Below the pieces are notes generated by a model. That model had not been told where the DNA came from and did not search any database. It saw nothing but the letters and a program-made list of their open reading frames with translations. From IMG/VR virus record IMGVR_UViG_3300029711_000003, positions 1 through 64,000 of that record: DNA of 64,000 bases; one strand, written 5' to 3'. Source of the DNA: a virus. Position 1 is the stretch's first letter. Each line of letters opens with the position of its first letter. The position numbers and the translations under genes are program-made. Below are positions 46,353 through 55,750 of the stretch, in pieces.

Positions 46353-46886
46353 ATGGGAAAGAAAAGATTTATCATATTCCAGTGCTCTCAACACACTGAA
46401 GATAAGGTAGGAAACGAGCCAGTTCACGTTCACGGAGAAGTAACCTCATCAGGCAAAACTCACGATATTGAATTTACACTACCATATGAACAATCGGCAA
46501 ATGCCCTGATGTCCGCAAAGGGATATGTCGAATATGTTAAGAAACATGGATACCATTTTACTGAAAAACTTGCGGAACACGTCAGTAAGATGCTGTATAA
46601 TAAGATACCGCAGCTCCAATACATACCCGAAAGTCAAATATCGGATTTGATTGAAGCTAATAAAATCAATCTAAATAAAAAGGCAACATTAGGCGACATG
46701 ATATATGCTACTAATGTTGCTTATTCTACTTTCTATCCAGACCTGTTAAAAGATATGAAGGCATGCCTTATTCATGCCCACAAGATGGTTAATTCAGTGA
46801 ATGGATACGATGGTTCAGTATTTTGTCGCTGGACTGCTGACGCTATTGGTAAAGCGATAAAGATTGATTGGGAAAAATTTATATAA
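46353..46886 (+). CDS. hypothetical protein
   Basis: 177 aa, ORF track. Confidence 0.45.
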   Translation: MGKKRFIIFQCSQHTEDKVGNEPVHVHGEVTSSGKTHDIEFTLPYEQSANALMSAKGYVEYVKKHGYHFTEKLAEHVSKMLYNKIPQLQYIPESQISDLIEANKINLNKKATLGDMIYATNVAYSTFYPDLLKDMKACLIHAHKMVNSVNGYDGSVFCRWTADAIGKAIKIDWEKFI

Positions 46887-46898
46887 AAGAGGTGAGTT

Positions 46899-47585
46899 AT
46901 GGCAGGATATGATGATACATATAATATGATAATAAGCACGCTGATGGGGCGTCCAAACGGTACGGAGATTCAACCTGAAAACCATCAAGCGTTTGCTCTC
47001 AATATGCTGGAATATATACGGAGCTTGGAATTGCTTGCTAACGCACCTTTCATTGGCGTGGCTACACCTACTACACAACCCGTACAGCCCGATGATTCCC
47101 GTGCTTGCTATATAGCAGGAGTTGCCCAAGACCGCACAACTACCTTTCAGAACTTTCGTGATATGAACGGCAACCCCATTTCTATTACTAATGGGGAAAT
47201 GGAAGCGTGTTTAGTTATATTTGTTTGGAATGCTCAATATTGGAGTGCTGAAACAGTACCTACGAACATTATAAGTTCCGCTGACCAAGCGTACTTCTTC
47301 TACAACTTGACTATCCGAAAGACTTATGACAGCGTGTCGGATATGAATGCTGACGTATCAGCTCCAGTAGGTAATGACGGAAAATACATTAAGGTAGGAG
47401 AGATTGTTTCAGTTCATAATGAAGATGACCCGACTGAGGACGCTATATACAGTTGGGAAGAAGGTCCAAGATGGCAATTACAAATGAAATTATCTGCACT
47501 TGATAGCCGAGTATTTGACGGAGGTCGTGCGGATAGTAAGTATGGAGGAGCAAGAAACATCGATTGCGGCACAGCTCAGGTATAA
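46899..47585 (+). CDS. hypothetical protein
   Basis: 228 aa, ORF track. Confidence 0.45.
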   Translation: MAGYDDTYNMIISTLMGRPNGTEIQPENHQAFALNMLEYIRSLELLANAPFIGVATPTTQPVQPDDSRACYIAGVAQDRTTTFQNFRDMNGNPISITNGEMEACLVIFVWNAQYWSAETVPTNIISSADQAYFFYNLTIRKTYDSVSDMNADVSAPVGNDGKYIKVGEIVSVHNEDDPTEDAIYSWEEGPRWQLQMKLSALDSRVFDGGRADSKYGGARNIDCGTAQV

Positions 47586-47615
47586 GCTGAGACAGGGCTT
47601 ATTCAAGGTTGGGAA

Positions 47616-47664
47616 GAAGGAAATGATGTCAAAATGTATTGATGTTCATTTCCTTCTTTTTTTT
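47616..47664 (+). terminator. rho-independent terminator
   Basis: Perfect 11-bp stem GAAGGAAATGA / TCATTTCCTTC followed by T8. Confidence 0.8.
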
Positions 47665-47670
47665 ACTTAT

Positions 47671-47679
47671 CAGTTATTA
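47671..47679 (+). promoter_or_regulatory. conserved CAGTTATTA element (candidate phage promoter core)
   Basis: Lies 7 nt after the terminator T-tract and 36 nt upstream of the fibre ATG. Confidence 0.4.
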
Positions 47680-47706
47680 TAAAACAAAACATTTAATATT
47701 AACATT

Positions 47707-50493
47707 ATGGCAGACAGAATTCAACAAAGGCGGGACACCGCCGCAAGATGGAAGCAATACAATCCCATATTGCTTGAAGGTGAGGTAGGGTATGTGACCG
47801 ATAACCCTAACCAGTATAAAATTGGCGATGGTGTTCATACTTGGAATGAACTACCGCTACGTGGATTTGACGGAATACTTGTTCATGAGCTTGGAAACAG
47901 TCAGACAGCAGCAATGAGTCAACAAGGAGTTAGTTATTCATTGCTTTTTCTTTTAAGAAGGGACGTATATTTTTCAGAATATTTTATTAATTCAAACCCT
48001 TCTTGGTTTTTAAACATAGGAGAAAAAATTGAAAAGTTTTCTCCATCATTATTTACAAAATTGTCTGATTATAAATCAAGCGAAGAACCACCTTTGGTTA
48101 ATTATACAACATATGTAATAAAGAATGACACTACAGACATTTTTTATGTGTATGTTAATTTTCGTTCTGATGCAAGATATTCTGACAACTTTAAATATTT
48201 AAAAGTTGCAATTTTTGATGAAAATGATAATAATACTGCAAATTCTTATGAAGATGGGAGTTTATTGCTTGGAGTTTATCCTAAAAATACTCTTGTTATA
48301 TCTGGCAATACTTGGGTATCGGAGCCAAGAAGAATATTATTACAAAACCTGATTTATGATTACTCTTATGATTCATATATTGAAAAAAATAAGAATAGCA
48401 TTGGTAATTATGTAGAATCATATGAAAAAGTTAACCTATTAAGTAATTATTTGATAACACAAAAAGAGGCAAACTGTTTTACAGAAGGTCATAGACTAAA
48501 GGTATTGGTAAAATGGGATGCTAATGTGGACATTGGAAATTATGCCTACATTACACAAGATATTGCTCCAAATTTTGATTTTAATTATAACTATCACTGG
48601 GAAATATATAATAAGGGGGATTATCCTATAACTATTAACATAGGGTTAACAAAAGGTGTTCATGATTGGAGTGAAGGGTACATCTTTAAAAAAGAATCGG
48701 TGGTAATAAACCCAGGAGAGAAATTCTCATTTACAGCGAATAAATATGATATTGTTAAGAGTTATTATGACCTTAATGGTAGAGATAGAGGAAACATTTA
48801 TGACCTTAATTTGCAATATACTTATATGCACACAGTATTGTATGGAGATACTGGAGCAAATACTGATATTTTTTCTCATTCTGGCAATATAGAAGTATCA
48901 ATGTATTATACAATAAACAATGATATATATGAGACAAATACTGAAAATTCAAGAAATTCAGGTTGGTTAGTAGGTGGATTGCCTAAAAATGCAATATTTA
49001 GGGATGAAAATCCGAACAATAAAGATTCATTTACTAAGGATGCTATGTCTGTAATACAGATTGATTACAGAACAATAAAACTTATAACTAATATAACTTC
49101 AAGTGTTATGGGTTCTGTTTATAGGGGAATTTATTGGAGAATTTATTATAACAATCTTGAAGATTTGAAAGGAATATGGAGGCTTACAAGTAAGTATAAC
49201 AAATATGACAATTGTCATATTCATTGGAATATATGTGATTGGAGTCCTAATGAACATGACGTTATAGATATAGATAACCCAGAAGGAGCATATAAAGATT
49301 ATGATTTATATTCTTTAATTACAAATTATAAGAGTGTGCATTCAGAAGATGGAAAGTGGACAGGAATACTTGAGAATCAGGGATTTTTATATATATCATT
49401 TCTGAATTATAATAAAGATGGATATTTTTCAGAATTTGAAGATATATTAACATTAGATTTCTTACCAAATGATTCAAAGGTTATTGCTTCAGAGTTCACT
49501 CCGCAAGCAGAAGAAAGAATTTTACAAATATCTCAAGATGGAACTGCTAACAAAACATTGATTACAAATTGGGGTGATAGTCTAACAGCTGGAGCAGGTT
49601 CATCAAATCATGATAACCAATCAATAGTATTATCAGCAATTAGAGATAAAGGTTATCCTGATTTAAGTCTATCAGATACCCAAGATATTACATATAGTAT
49701 AATGATGCAAGCACTTCTTGGTGATGACTATAATGTTATGAATTGTGGCGTAGGAGGAGAAAATATCAATACTATTGCGGCAAGACAAGGAGCAACCTAT
49801 TTGATTACTACAAATGACTTTACTCTTCCATCTGATACAACTCCCATACAAATAGGAGATTACACAACAAGATTAATGACTCCATGGGGAAGACAGGCAT
49901 CCCCTTTACTACAGGGGGATGGAAACTCTGTCAATCCATGTTATGTAGAGGGAATAGAATGTACACTTAAATGGACTGGAACATCTTGGTCAGATAGTAA
50001 TGGAACATATACTATTCAAAGGGTTGCTACTGGCGATAGAGAAATAAAATTTTCAAATAAAACGCCAATTATATTATACGGTTCTCAATTAAGTTCAAAT
50101 GCAAAAATAGCAGTATTATGGTGCTGGCAGAATGGAGGGTATAATGATGATAATGACTTGATTGAAAAGTTAGATAAAATGATTTCTACTTTACAAACAA
50201 ATAAATATCTCATAATAGGACTTCATTCAGGAGATACCTCAACAAGAGAAACGCAAGAAAATGCTTTATCTTCTAAATATGGCGGAAAGTTCTTTAATTG
50301 GAGGCAATATATTTCAACAAATGGAATGTATGATTTTGGCTTAACTCCTACTGAAGAAGATTTAACTGCAATGTCTAAAGGTGAATGTCCTAAATCTTTA
50401 CTGAAAGATAATGTTCATCTTAAAGCAGCTGGATATGCAATACTTGGATTCAAGATAATTGAGAGGTTCAAGGCTTTGGGATATGTTTCTTGA
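47707..50493 (+). CDS. tail fibre/spike with Mtd_N-like N-terminus and C-terminal SGNH/GDSL esterase domain
   Basis: The N-terminus RRDTAARWKQYNPILLEGEVGYVTDNPNQYKIGDGVHTWNELP is the widespread fibre/hyaluronidase N-terminal motif. The C-terminus has GDSLTAG (block I), GGYND (block III) and DNVHL (block V). Confidence 0.7.
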   Translation: MADRIQQRRDTAARWKQYNPILLEGEVGYVTDNPNQYKIGDGVHTWNELPLRGFDGILVHELGNSQTAAMSQQGVSYSLLFLLRRDVYFSEYFINSNPSWFLNIGEKIEKFSPSLFTKLSDYKSSEEPPLVNYTTYVIKNDTTDIFYVYVNFRSDARYSDNFKYLKVAIFDENDNNTANSYEDGSLLLGVYPKNTLVISGNTWVSEPRRILLQNLIYDYSYDSYIEKNKNSIGNYVESYEKVNLLSNYLITQKEANCFTEGHRLKVLVKWDANVDIGNYAYITQDIAPNFDFNYNYHWEIYNKGDYPITINIGLTKGVHDWSEGYIFKKESVVINPGEKFSFTANKYDIVKSYYDLNGRDRGNIYDLNLQYTYMHTVLYGDTGANTDIFSHSGNIEVSMYYTINNDIYETNTENSRNSGWLVGGLPKNAIFRDENPNNKDSFTKDAMSVIQIDYRTIKLITNITSSVMGSVYRGIYWRIYYNNLEDLKGIWRLTSKYNKYDNCHIHWNICDWSPNEHDVIDIDNPEGAYKDYDLYSLITNYKSVHSEDGKWTGILENQGFLYISFLNYNKDGYFSEFEDILTLDFLPNDSKVIASEFTPQAEERILQISQDGTANKTLITNWGDSLTAGAGSSNHDNQSIVLSAIRDKGYPDLSLSDTQDITYSIMMQALLGDDYNVMNCGVGGENINTIAARQGATYLITTNDFTLPSDTTPIQIGDYTTRLMTPWGRQASPLLQGDGNSVNPCYVEGIECTLKWTGTSWSDSNGTYTIQRVATGDREIKFSNKTPIILYGSQLSSNAKIAVLWCWQNGGYNDDNDLIEKLDKMISTLQTNKYLIIGLHSGDTSTRETQENALSSKYGGKFFNWRQYISTNGMYDFGLTPTEEDLTAMSKGECPKSLLKDNVHLKAAGYAILGFKIIERFKALGYVS

Positions 50494-50509
50494 AACATCA
50501 GATAACTAA

Positions 50510-50537
50510 TAAATACACAGGGGATGATTTTTTCATC
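50510..50537 (+). terminator. rho-independent terminator (end of structural block)
   Basis: GGGGATGA / TCATCCCC stem, 5-nt loop, CTTTTT tail. Confidence 0.75.
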
Positions 50538-50660
50538 CCCCTTTTTATAATAAAATCAAAGTTATAAGTAATGCGTGAACGTCTTTACCAGTAACGCACG
50601 AGAGGCAGCAATGTCCTGGATAATTGAGGGGTAAACTTCTGACAACTGCCGACTATCATA

Positions 50661-50747
50661 CCCAAGTAATTAAAACAATATTGTCAAACATAGGGGATTT
50701 AGGGGTTAAACTTTCACTTTATATCCTAATCACCCCAAGTAATTAAA
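50661..50747 (+). repeat. direct repeats in the late/early intergenic region
   Basis: CCCAAGTAATTAAA occurs at 50661..50674 and 50734..50747. TAGGGGATT and TAGGGGTTA are tandem at ~50691..50708. Confidence 0.8.
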
Positions 50748-50755
50748 GAAAAAAA

Positions 50756-50899
50756 ATGGACAAACAAAAAACCGTTTGGGAAGCATTTATGGAATTTGTT
50801 AATTCCAAAGAAATTGGTACTATTATAACACGCCAAGAAATTATACAATATATAAACCGAGAAAACTGGCATGTGTCCATACGGAGGTACTACCAGTGA
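50756..50899 (+). CDS. small ORF (47 aa), possibly the N-terminal part of a split gene
   Basis: My own translation gives MDKQKTVWEAFMEFVNSKEIGTIITRQEIIQYINRENWHVSIRRYYQ*. It is below the track cutoff. Confidence 0.3.
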   Translation: MDKQKTVWEAFMEFVNSKEIGTIITRQEIIQYINRENWHVSIRRYYQ

Positions 50900-51101
50900 T
50901 ATTGAAGGATATTGGAATAATATCAATTTTTGTCATAAGCATTATTCTGTAAGCACTCTTGACTATATGCGCAACCTTGCTGAAAAGGTGTATTATTTAG
51001 ACAAAACACGTTGCTCTGGTATGTATGTTGTTAACAAACACTTTCCTTCAGGCTACACCGTTTCTCAGTTAAGAAAAGATTATGATAGTAGAACATGGTA
51101 G
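50871..51101 (+). CDS. hypothetical protein (76 aa), +1 frame relative to 50756 ORF
   Basis: ORF track. Overlaps the helicase start. Confidence 0.35.
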   Translation: MCPYGGTTSDIEGYWNNINFCHKHYSVSTLDYMRNLAEKVYYLDKTRCSGMYVVNKHFPSGYTVSQLRKDYDSRTW

Positions 51102-52600
51102 ATATAAACATTACAAGGATAAACAATTTTGAATACAGTTTCAAACTGTCCAGTCGTGATGGCATACGTCATGTAGCAAAGGCTTTGACCTTTCGCAATC
51201 CTGACCCTTTTGCTTATTCTCATAAAATAGAAAAATTTGACAAGCGCAGGTTGACATTCCGTATAGGTATGTTGCCTACGCTTCAAGCGTATATTAAGGA
51301 ACATGGTTTGTCGTTTCAAATATCTGATTATGATTACCACTTACCCGATGGAGTGGAAATAGACAGCCGTATGTCTGGGCGGTATGTTCATCAGCGTCAT
51401 GCGGTTGAGGCTTTCTTTCGCCGTCGCTTTGGAATCATAGTTGTCCCGACACGTGGAGGAAAGACGTTTATTGCCTCAGAGATATTGCGTATATTTCTTG
51501 ATACAGATGAAGGCAATTTTCTTTTCCTTACTGATAACACAACGTTGTTCACTCAGGCAGTGAATGATATACGGACGTATTTTGAACCGTATGGCGGTAT
51601 AGAAGTTGGAGAAATACGGGCAGGTCGTATTGATATCAGCCATAGAGCTACTGTTGGTATGATACAGACTATACAGAGTACATTAAGCGGTCGTTGTCGG
51701 GATAAGAAGAAAAAGAAGGATTTGGAGAAATATATTCGTGAGTTGAAATTCCTATGCGTAGATGAGGTTCATGAAAATTGTTCGGACGCTAAACTGAAAA
51801 CCTATAAAAAGGCAAGAAATTTGGAATATCAGCTTTGTTTGTCCGCAACTCCATATCGTGCCGGCGCGTTGGTTCAAAATTTGAAACTCAAGGAATGGAG
51901 CGGTGACGTTGTTTATACAATAACAGAGAAAAGATTGAGGAAACGTCATGTACTTTCAGACTATCGGGTGTTCATGCTTTTAATAGACCACAATGAAATA
52001 TCATATGATGTAGCCGTAGAGGATTATGCGGGTTATCGGACGGCTTTGATTTTCAACTCCGAGATAAGAAACCGAGTGTTGATGATGATGATGAAGGTAC
52101 TTCGGGAGCTCAATTTGAAAACGCTTGTGTTATTCCAAAGTATAGAGCATGTTAGCAAGATGGCAGAACTTTCGGGCGAAAGATTTATCAGCGGACAGAC
52201 TAAAAGCGCAGAGCGTGAGCGAGCAAAAGCTGAATTTCTTTCGGGTGAGGGAGGTTTTTTGCTTGCATCTGATATTTTCAAGAAAGGTGTGACGCTGCCG
52301 CAAGTTGAGGTATTGATAAACGTAGATGGCGGATTGGAGGATGCTAACACTATTCAGAAAAAAGGACGTGTACTGGGAGCAACCGAAACTAAGAGCCGAA
52401 GCCTGATTATTGATTTCTTTGATTTGTATGATGCGTATTTTTCAGCTCACTCTGAAACACGGTTAAACACTTATGTAGAAGCAATCGGAGAAAAACGTGT
52501 TGGCATTCTTGATACTTCTGTTGATGATTGGTTAGAAACTTTTAGAAGATGGACAATAAAGTGGTTCGCCGCAGACAAAGGCTATTCCGTTACGCAGTAG
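51095..52600 (+). CDS. superfamily 2 DNA helicase (ResIII/DEAH type)
   Basis: Motif I VPTRGGKT, motif II CVDEVHE, motif III SATP, motif VI QKKGRVLG. Confidence 0.8.
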   Translation: MVDINITRINNFEYSFKLSSRDGIRHVAKALTFRNPDPFAYSHKIEKFDKRRLTFRIGMLPTLQAYIKEHGLSFQISDYDYHLPDGVEIDSRMSGRYVHQRHAVEAFFRRRFGIIVVPTRGGKTFIASEILRIFLDTDEGNFLFLTDNTTLFTQAVNDIRTYFEPYGGIEVGEIRAGRIDISHRATVGMIQTIQSTLSGRCRDKKKKKDLEKYIRELKFLCVDEVHENCSDAKLKTYKKARNLEYQLCLSATPYRAGALVQNLKLKEWSGDVVYTITEKRLRKRHVLSDYRVFMLLIDHNEISYDVAVEDYAGYRTALIFNSEIRNRVLMMMMKVLRELNLKTLVLFQSIEHVSKMAELSGERFISGQTKSAERERAKAEFLSGEGGFLLASDIFKKGVTLPQVEVLINVDGGLEDANTIQKKGRVLGATETKSRSLIIDFFDLYDAYFSAHSETRLNTYVEAIGEKRVGILDTSVDDWLETFRRWTIKWFAADKGYSVTQ

Positions 52601-53154
52601 ATTTGTTCATTGAATTATTGGAACAAGTAACTAAACGTAAACGGATAAAATACACGTGTAATGACGCTGATACGGTTTGTTGGAATAATTTCATGGATAC
52701 ATTCTCAGACCGTATCGGTGAGGATTTTATAAGGAAGTTTTGCGAGTATGGTATTCAGAGCTGGTTTAATGACGGTACAGAAAGAGATTATTCACGTTCA
52801 GTCCGTTTCAATTGGATTTTTGGTAAGTCAGCAATAGAGCGTTGGAAAAAGTATGATATTGAAACCAACGTGTATATAACACGTATTGGCATTAAAAAAG
52901 ACCATAAAATCAACGTTATTCGTAAACATACGGAAATTCCTAAAATAGTAGGTACATTAAGACATACGGAGGAAAAATTCAAGGCTGAATTTCATAATAC
53001 ACGCAAAGGCTTACTGTGGTGTATTGCTAATACTACTTTGTATTTTCATAAGAGTTCTTTATGTGCTACTTGTAATTATAAAAATGAATGTAAAAAATTA
53101 CTCAAACAAGAGTATCCAAAAATATATTTGAAAAGGGGATATGGCGAAAGATAA
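52549..53154 (+). CDS. hypothetical protein
   Basis: 201 aa. The start is uncertain, since the track start overlaps the helicase by 52 nt. Confidence 0.45.
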   Translation: MDNKVVRRRQRLFRYAVDLFIELLEQVTKRKRIKYTCNDADTVCWNNFMDTFSDRIGEDFIRKFCEYGIQSWFNDGTERDYSRSVRFNWIFGKSAIERWKKYDIETNVYITRIGIKKDHKINVIRKHTEIPKIVGTLRHTEEKFKAEFHNTRKGLLWCIANTTLYFHKSSLCATCNYKNECKKLLKQEYPKIYLKRGYGER

Positions 53155-54529
53155 TATGTTAGCAACAAATTTTGTTGTTGAGCTTATTGCTGCTGCGTTG
53201 GAACGTAGGACAGTTTTTGAAATTGTAAAACAATATCTTAAATTTTCCTATCTTCAAGAAGAAGCAGAAAAGAAACTCTGGCAGTGGGTCACCAAGCGTT
53301 ATGACCTTACTGGTAAAGTTCCTACGATTGGTCAGATACAACAACAATTTGTAGATGATGAACGGGTGCTTGAAAAACTTGAAGAGATAGGCGATGTTGA
53401 GATTGATGAAAATGGCGGTTATGAATTGATAATAGATAGCTTTGAGAAGTTCATCAAAAAGATGAAATTTCTTGAGGTTAATGATAAGATTGCTGACACT
53501 TACAATCGTGGTGATAAAGAGGGAGCTTGGGAGTTATTTGTTAAGTCCGCTGAAGATTTCAGTAAGTTCTCCATTCAGGACGCTAAGTTTGAAACTGTAT
53601 TTGGTGACTTTGCCGAACGTCAGGCGAAACGTAAGAGTGAAGATTGGAATTTTCGTTTTAAGATACCTACTGGAATTGATGAACTTGATTATAGGCTTGG
53701 AGGAGAAAGCGGTGGCCCTGAAACTGGTGAATGTGTTCTTTGGTTAGGCGATTCAGGAGCTGGTAAGAGTCAATGTTTGGTATCAGTAGGTATAGCTGCT
53801 GCAAGACAAGGATTCAGAGTTGCCCACTTTCAGTTAGAAGGCACGAAAGAGCAGTGTTTGAACCGTTATGACGCTGCTTGGACAGGTACGCTTTATCAAG
53901 ATGTGAAGCTTGGTAACATAACCGCTAAGAAAATGGAAGTGACCAAGCGTATCATCAAGAAGCTCCGAAAGACCGATATTATTGTAAGTTCAGAGGAAAC
54001 TTTCAACGCCAAGACGCTTGTTGATATTCGTAGGGAGTTGAAAGAAATGGAGAAGAAGTATGGCAAGATTGATGTCATAATTATAGACTATTTGGAGTTG
54101 TTAGAGCTGGGCGATGGGCACCGTTACACTCCAAGTGAAGAGCGTTTCCGTCAAGCTAAGTTAGCGAAAGGGATGAAGATGCTTGCTATGGAATTCAATG
54201 CCGTAGTTCATACTGCAACTCAAAGTAGTAATATCCCAGAGGAACAGAAGAATGACCCTGAGTTTGTCATAACAAGAGCGCAGTTGAATGAAGATAAAGG
54301 AAAGTGCAGACCTATGGACGTGTTTGTTACTATAAATCAAACAAGGGATGAAAGGAAAGAAGAAATAATGAGGTTGTATATAGATAAAGCACGTGAATAT
54401 AAAAGCGGAGATATTATATATATATGCAATAATTTTGCTTATGCACGTTTTTATGACCGCAAACGTACTATCGAATTAAATATGGATGACGGTTGGGGTG
54501 AGTTTTATGATAAGGATGAAGAAGAATGA
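53141..54529 (+). CDS. dnaB: DnaB-family replicative helicase
   Basis: N-terminal helical domain. RecA-like core with Walker A GDSGAGKSQ and Walker B VIIIDYLE. Adjacent to primase. Confidence 0.7.
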   Translation: MAKDNMLATNFVVELIAAALERRTVFEIVKQYLKFSYLQEEAEKKLWQWVTKRYDLTGKVPTIGQIQQQFVDDERVLEKLEEIGDVEIDENGGYELIIDSFEKFIKKMKFLEVNDKIADTYNRGDKEGAWELFVKSAEDFSKFSIQDAKFETVFGDFAERQAKRKSEDWNFRFKIPTGIDELDYRLGGESGGPETGECVLWLGDSGAGKSQCLVSVGIAAARQGFRVAHFQLEGTKEQCLNRYDAAWTGTLYQDVKLGNITAKKMEVTKRIIKKLRKTDIIVSSEETFNAKTLVDIRRELKEMEKKYGKIDVIIIDYLELLELGDGHRYTPSEERFRQAKLAKGMKMLAMEFNAVVHTATQSSNIPEEQKNDPEFVITRAQLNEDKGKCRPMDVFVTINQTRDERKEEIMRLYIDKAREYKSGDIIYICNNFAYARFYDRKRTIELNMDDGWGEFYDKDEEE

Positions 54530-54807
54530 AGTTGATTGTTGCTAATAAGATAAAGGAAACCGAAAAAGCGGTTGACTATTGTATAACATTTTGGATAGAT
54601 AGTTGTGACTATTATATCTACAAATGGTTACCAAAGAAATTAGTCATTCCAGTAGATGACCGACATATTAAGGTAGGAGATATTGGATTGAAAATGATAA
54701 TTGATGAGATTGCCCGCAAACATACTTTTAACAGAGCAAGCTACACCGCAAGGTTTTATCCTGAGAATATAATATGGAATAAAGAAGATGAAGCTGATTT
54801 CAGATGA
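54526..54807 (+). CDS. hypothetical protein
   Basis: 93 aa. ATGA overlap. Confidence 0.4.
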   Translation: MKLIVANKIKETEKAVDYCITFWIDSCDYYIYKWLPKKLVIPVDDRHIKVGDIGLKMIIDEIARKHTFNRASYTARFYPENIIWNKEDEADFR

Positions 54808-55747
54808 TGATTTGAAGGATTTGTTAATCAATCCTAAACCAACACGGAGCGGACAATACATTTCAGATTGCCCGCTTTGTGGTAAAGAACAACACTTTTA
54901 TATTTCACGTAAAACTCAAATGTGGGATTGTAAGAAGTGTCATTCTTATGGCAGTATTTATAAGCTCCTACGATTGCTTGATAAAACATATCTGCTTGCT
55001 GGTAGTACCATAGAAAATAAGGAACGCATTGAGAGTATTCGGGAAATGACTCAGGAGCTTATTAGCAATGATGATATAGAACTTTCGGAGCTGCCTGTTA
55101 AGAAGATGCCTGTTGGATGGAAAGTGTCTGCTAAGAGCACGAAATACTTGTTAAGCCGTGGCATAACTCCTGAAGATTGTAAGCGTTACAATATCGGAGC
55201 TACTGATATGTTTCGTAAGTACGAAAATTATGTACTGATTCCAATTTACGATGATGGTAAAATAAGAGGATTTTTGGGCAGATACGGAGACAAAAAAGTT
55301 CCTGAAGATAAATTACGCTATAATAATAGTATAGGAACGGAGTTTGCCGAATTATTGTTTGGATATGATGAAATAACAGGCAATACCAGTACAGTCGTAT
55401 TAGTCGAAGGAGTGTTTGATAAAATTGCCGTTGATAAAGTCCTTCATCTTTGGGATGGAGAAGAAGTAAAATGTGTTTGTACTTTTGGTAAAAAGATAAG
55501 TGACAAACAAATAAAGAAACTGATGTTGAAAGGAGTTACAAATGTAATATTGTTATATGATTTTGACGCTATTAAGGAAATCAAAAAGTATGGTTTGGAG
55601 CTTGAAAAATACTTTGTTACAAGTATTACTTATACCAATAAAAAAGATATAGATGAATGCTCAGAAGATGAAGCGTTGGAAGTTTTCACCCATTTGATGA
55701 AACCAAAAGATTTTAATGAGGGTGTAATCGGTAAATTAAAGAAGTAA
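54788..55747 (+). CDS. DNA primase (zinc finger plus TOPRIM)
   Basis: CPLCGKEQHFY...WDCKKCHSYG is the zinc ribbon. VVLVEGVFD and LLYDFDAIKE are the TOPRIM E and DxD motifs. Confidence 0.75.
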   Translation: MKLISDDDLKDLLINPKPTRSGQYISDCPLCGKEQHFYISRKTQMWDCKKCHSYGSIYKLLRLLDKTYLLAGSTIENKERIESIREMTQELISNDDIELSELPVKKMPVGWKVSAKSTKYLLSRGITPEDCKRYNIGATDMFRKYENYVLIPIYDDGKIRGFLGRYGDKKVPEDKLRYNNSIGTEFAELLFGYDEITGNTSTVVLVEGVFDKIAVDKVLHLWDGEEVKCVCTFGKKISDKQIKKLMLKGVTNVILLYDFDAIKEIKKYGLELEKYFVTSITYTNKKDIDECSEDEALEVFTHLMKPKDFNEGVIGKLKK

Positions 55748-55750
55748 GGT

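Noticed and set aside
47500-47682. 60-aa + strand ORF that runs across the 47616..47664 terminator.
   Set aside because: It overlaps the end of the 46899 gene in another frame and reads through a perfect hairpin/T8 terminator, so it is almost certainly non-coding.
47707-47900. A diversity-generating retroelement, suggested by the Mtd_N-like fibre N-terminus.
   Set aside because: I saw no reverse transcriptase gene and no template/variable repeat pair in the window. This N-terminal motif is widespread in non-DGR fibres.
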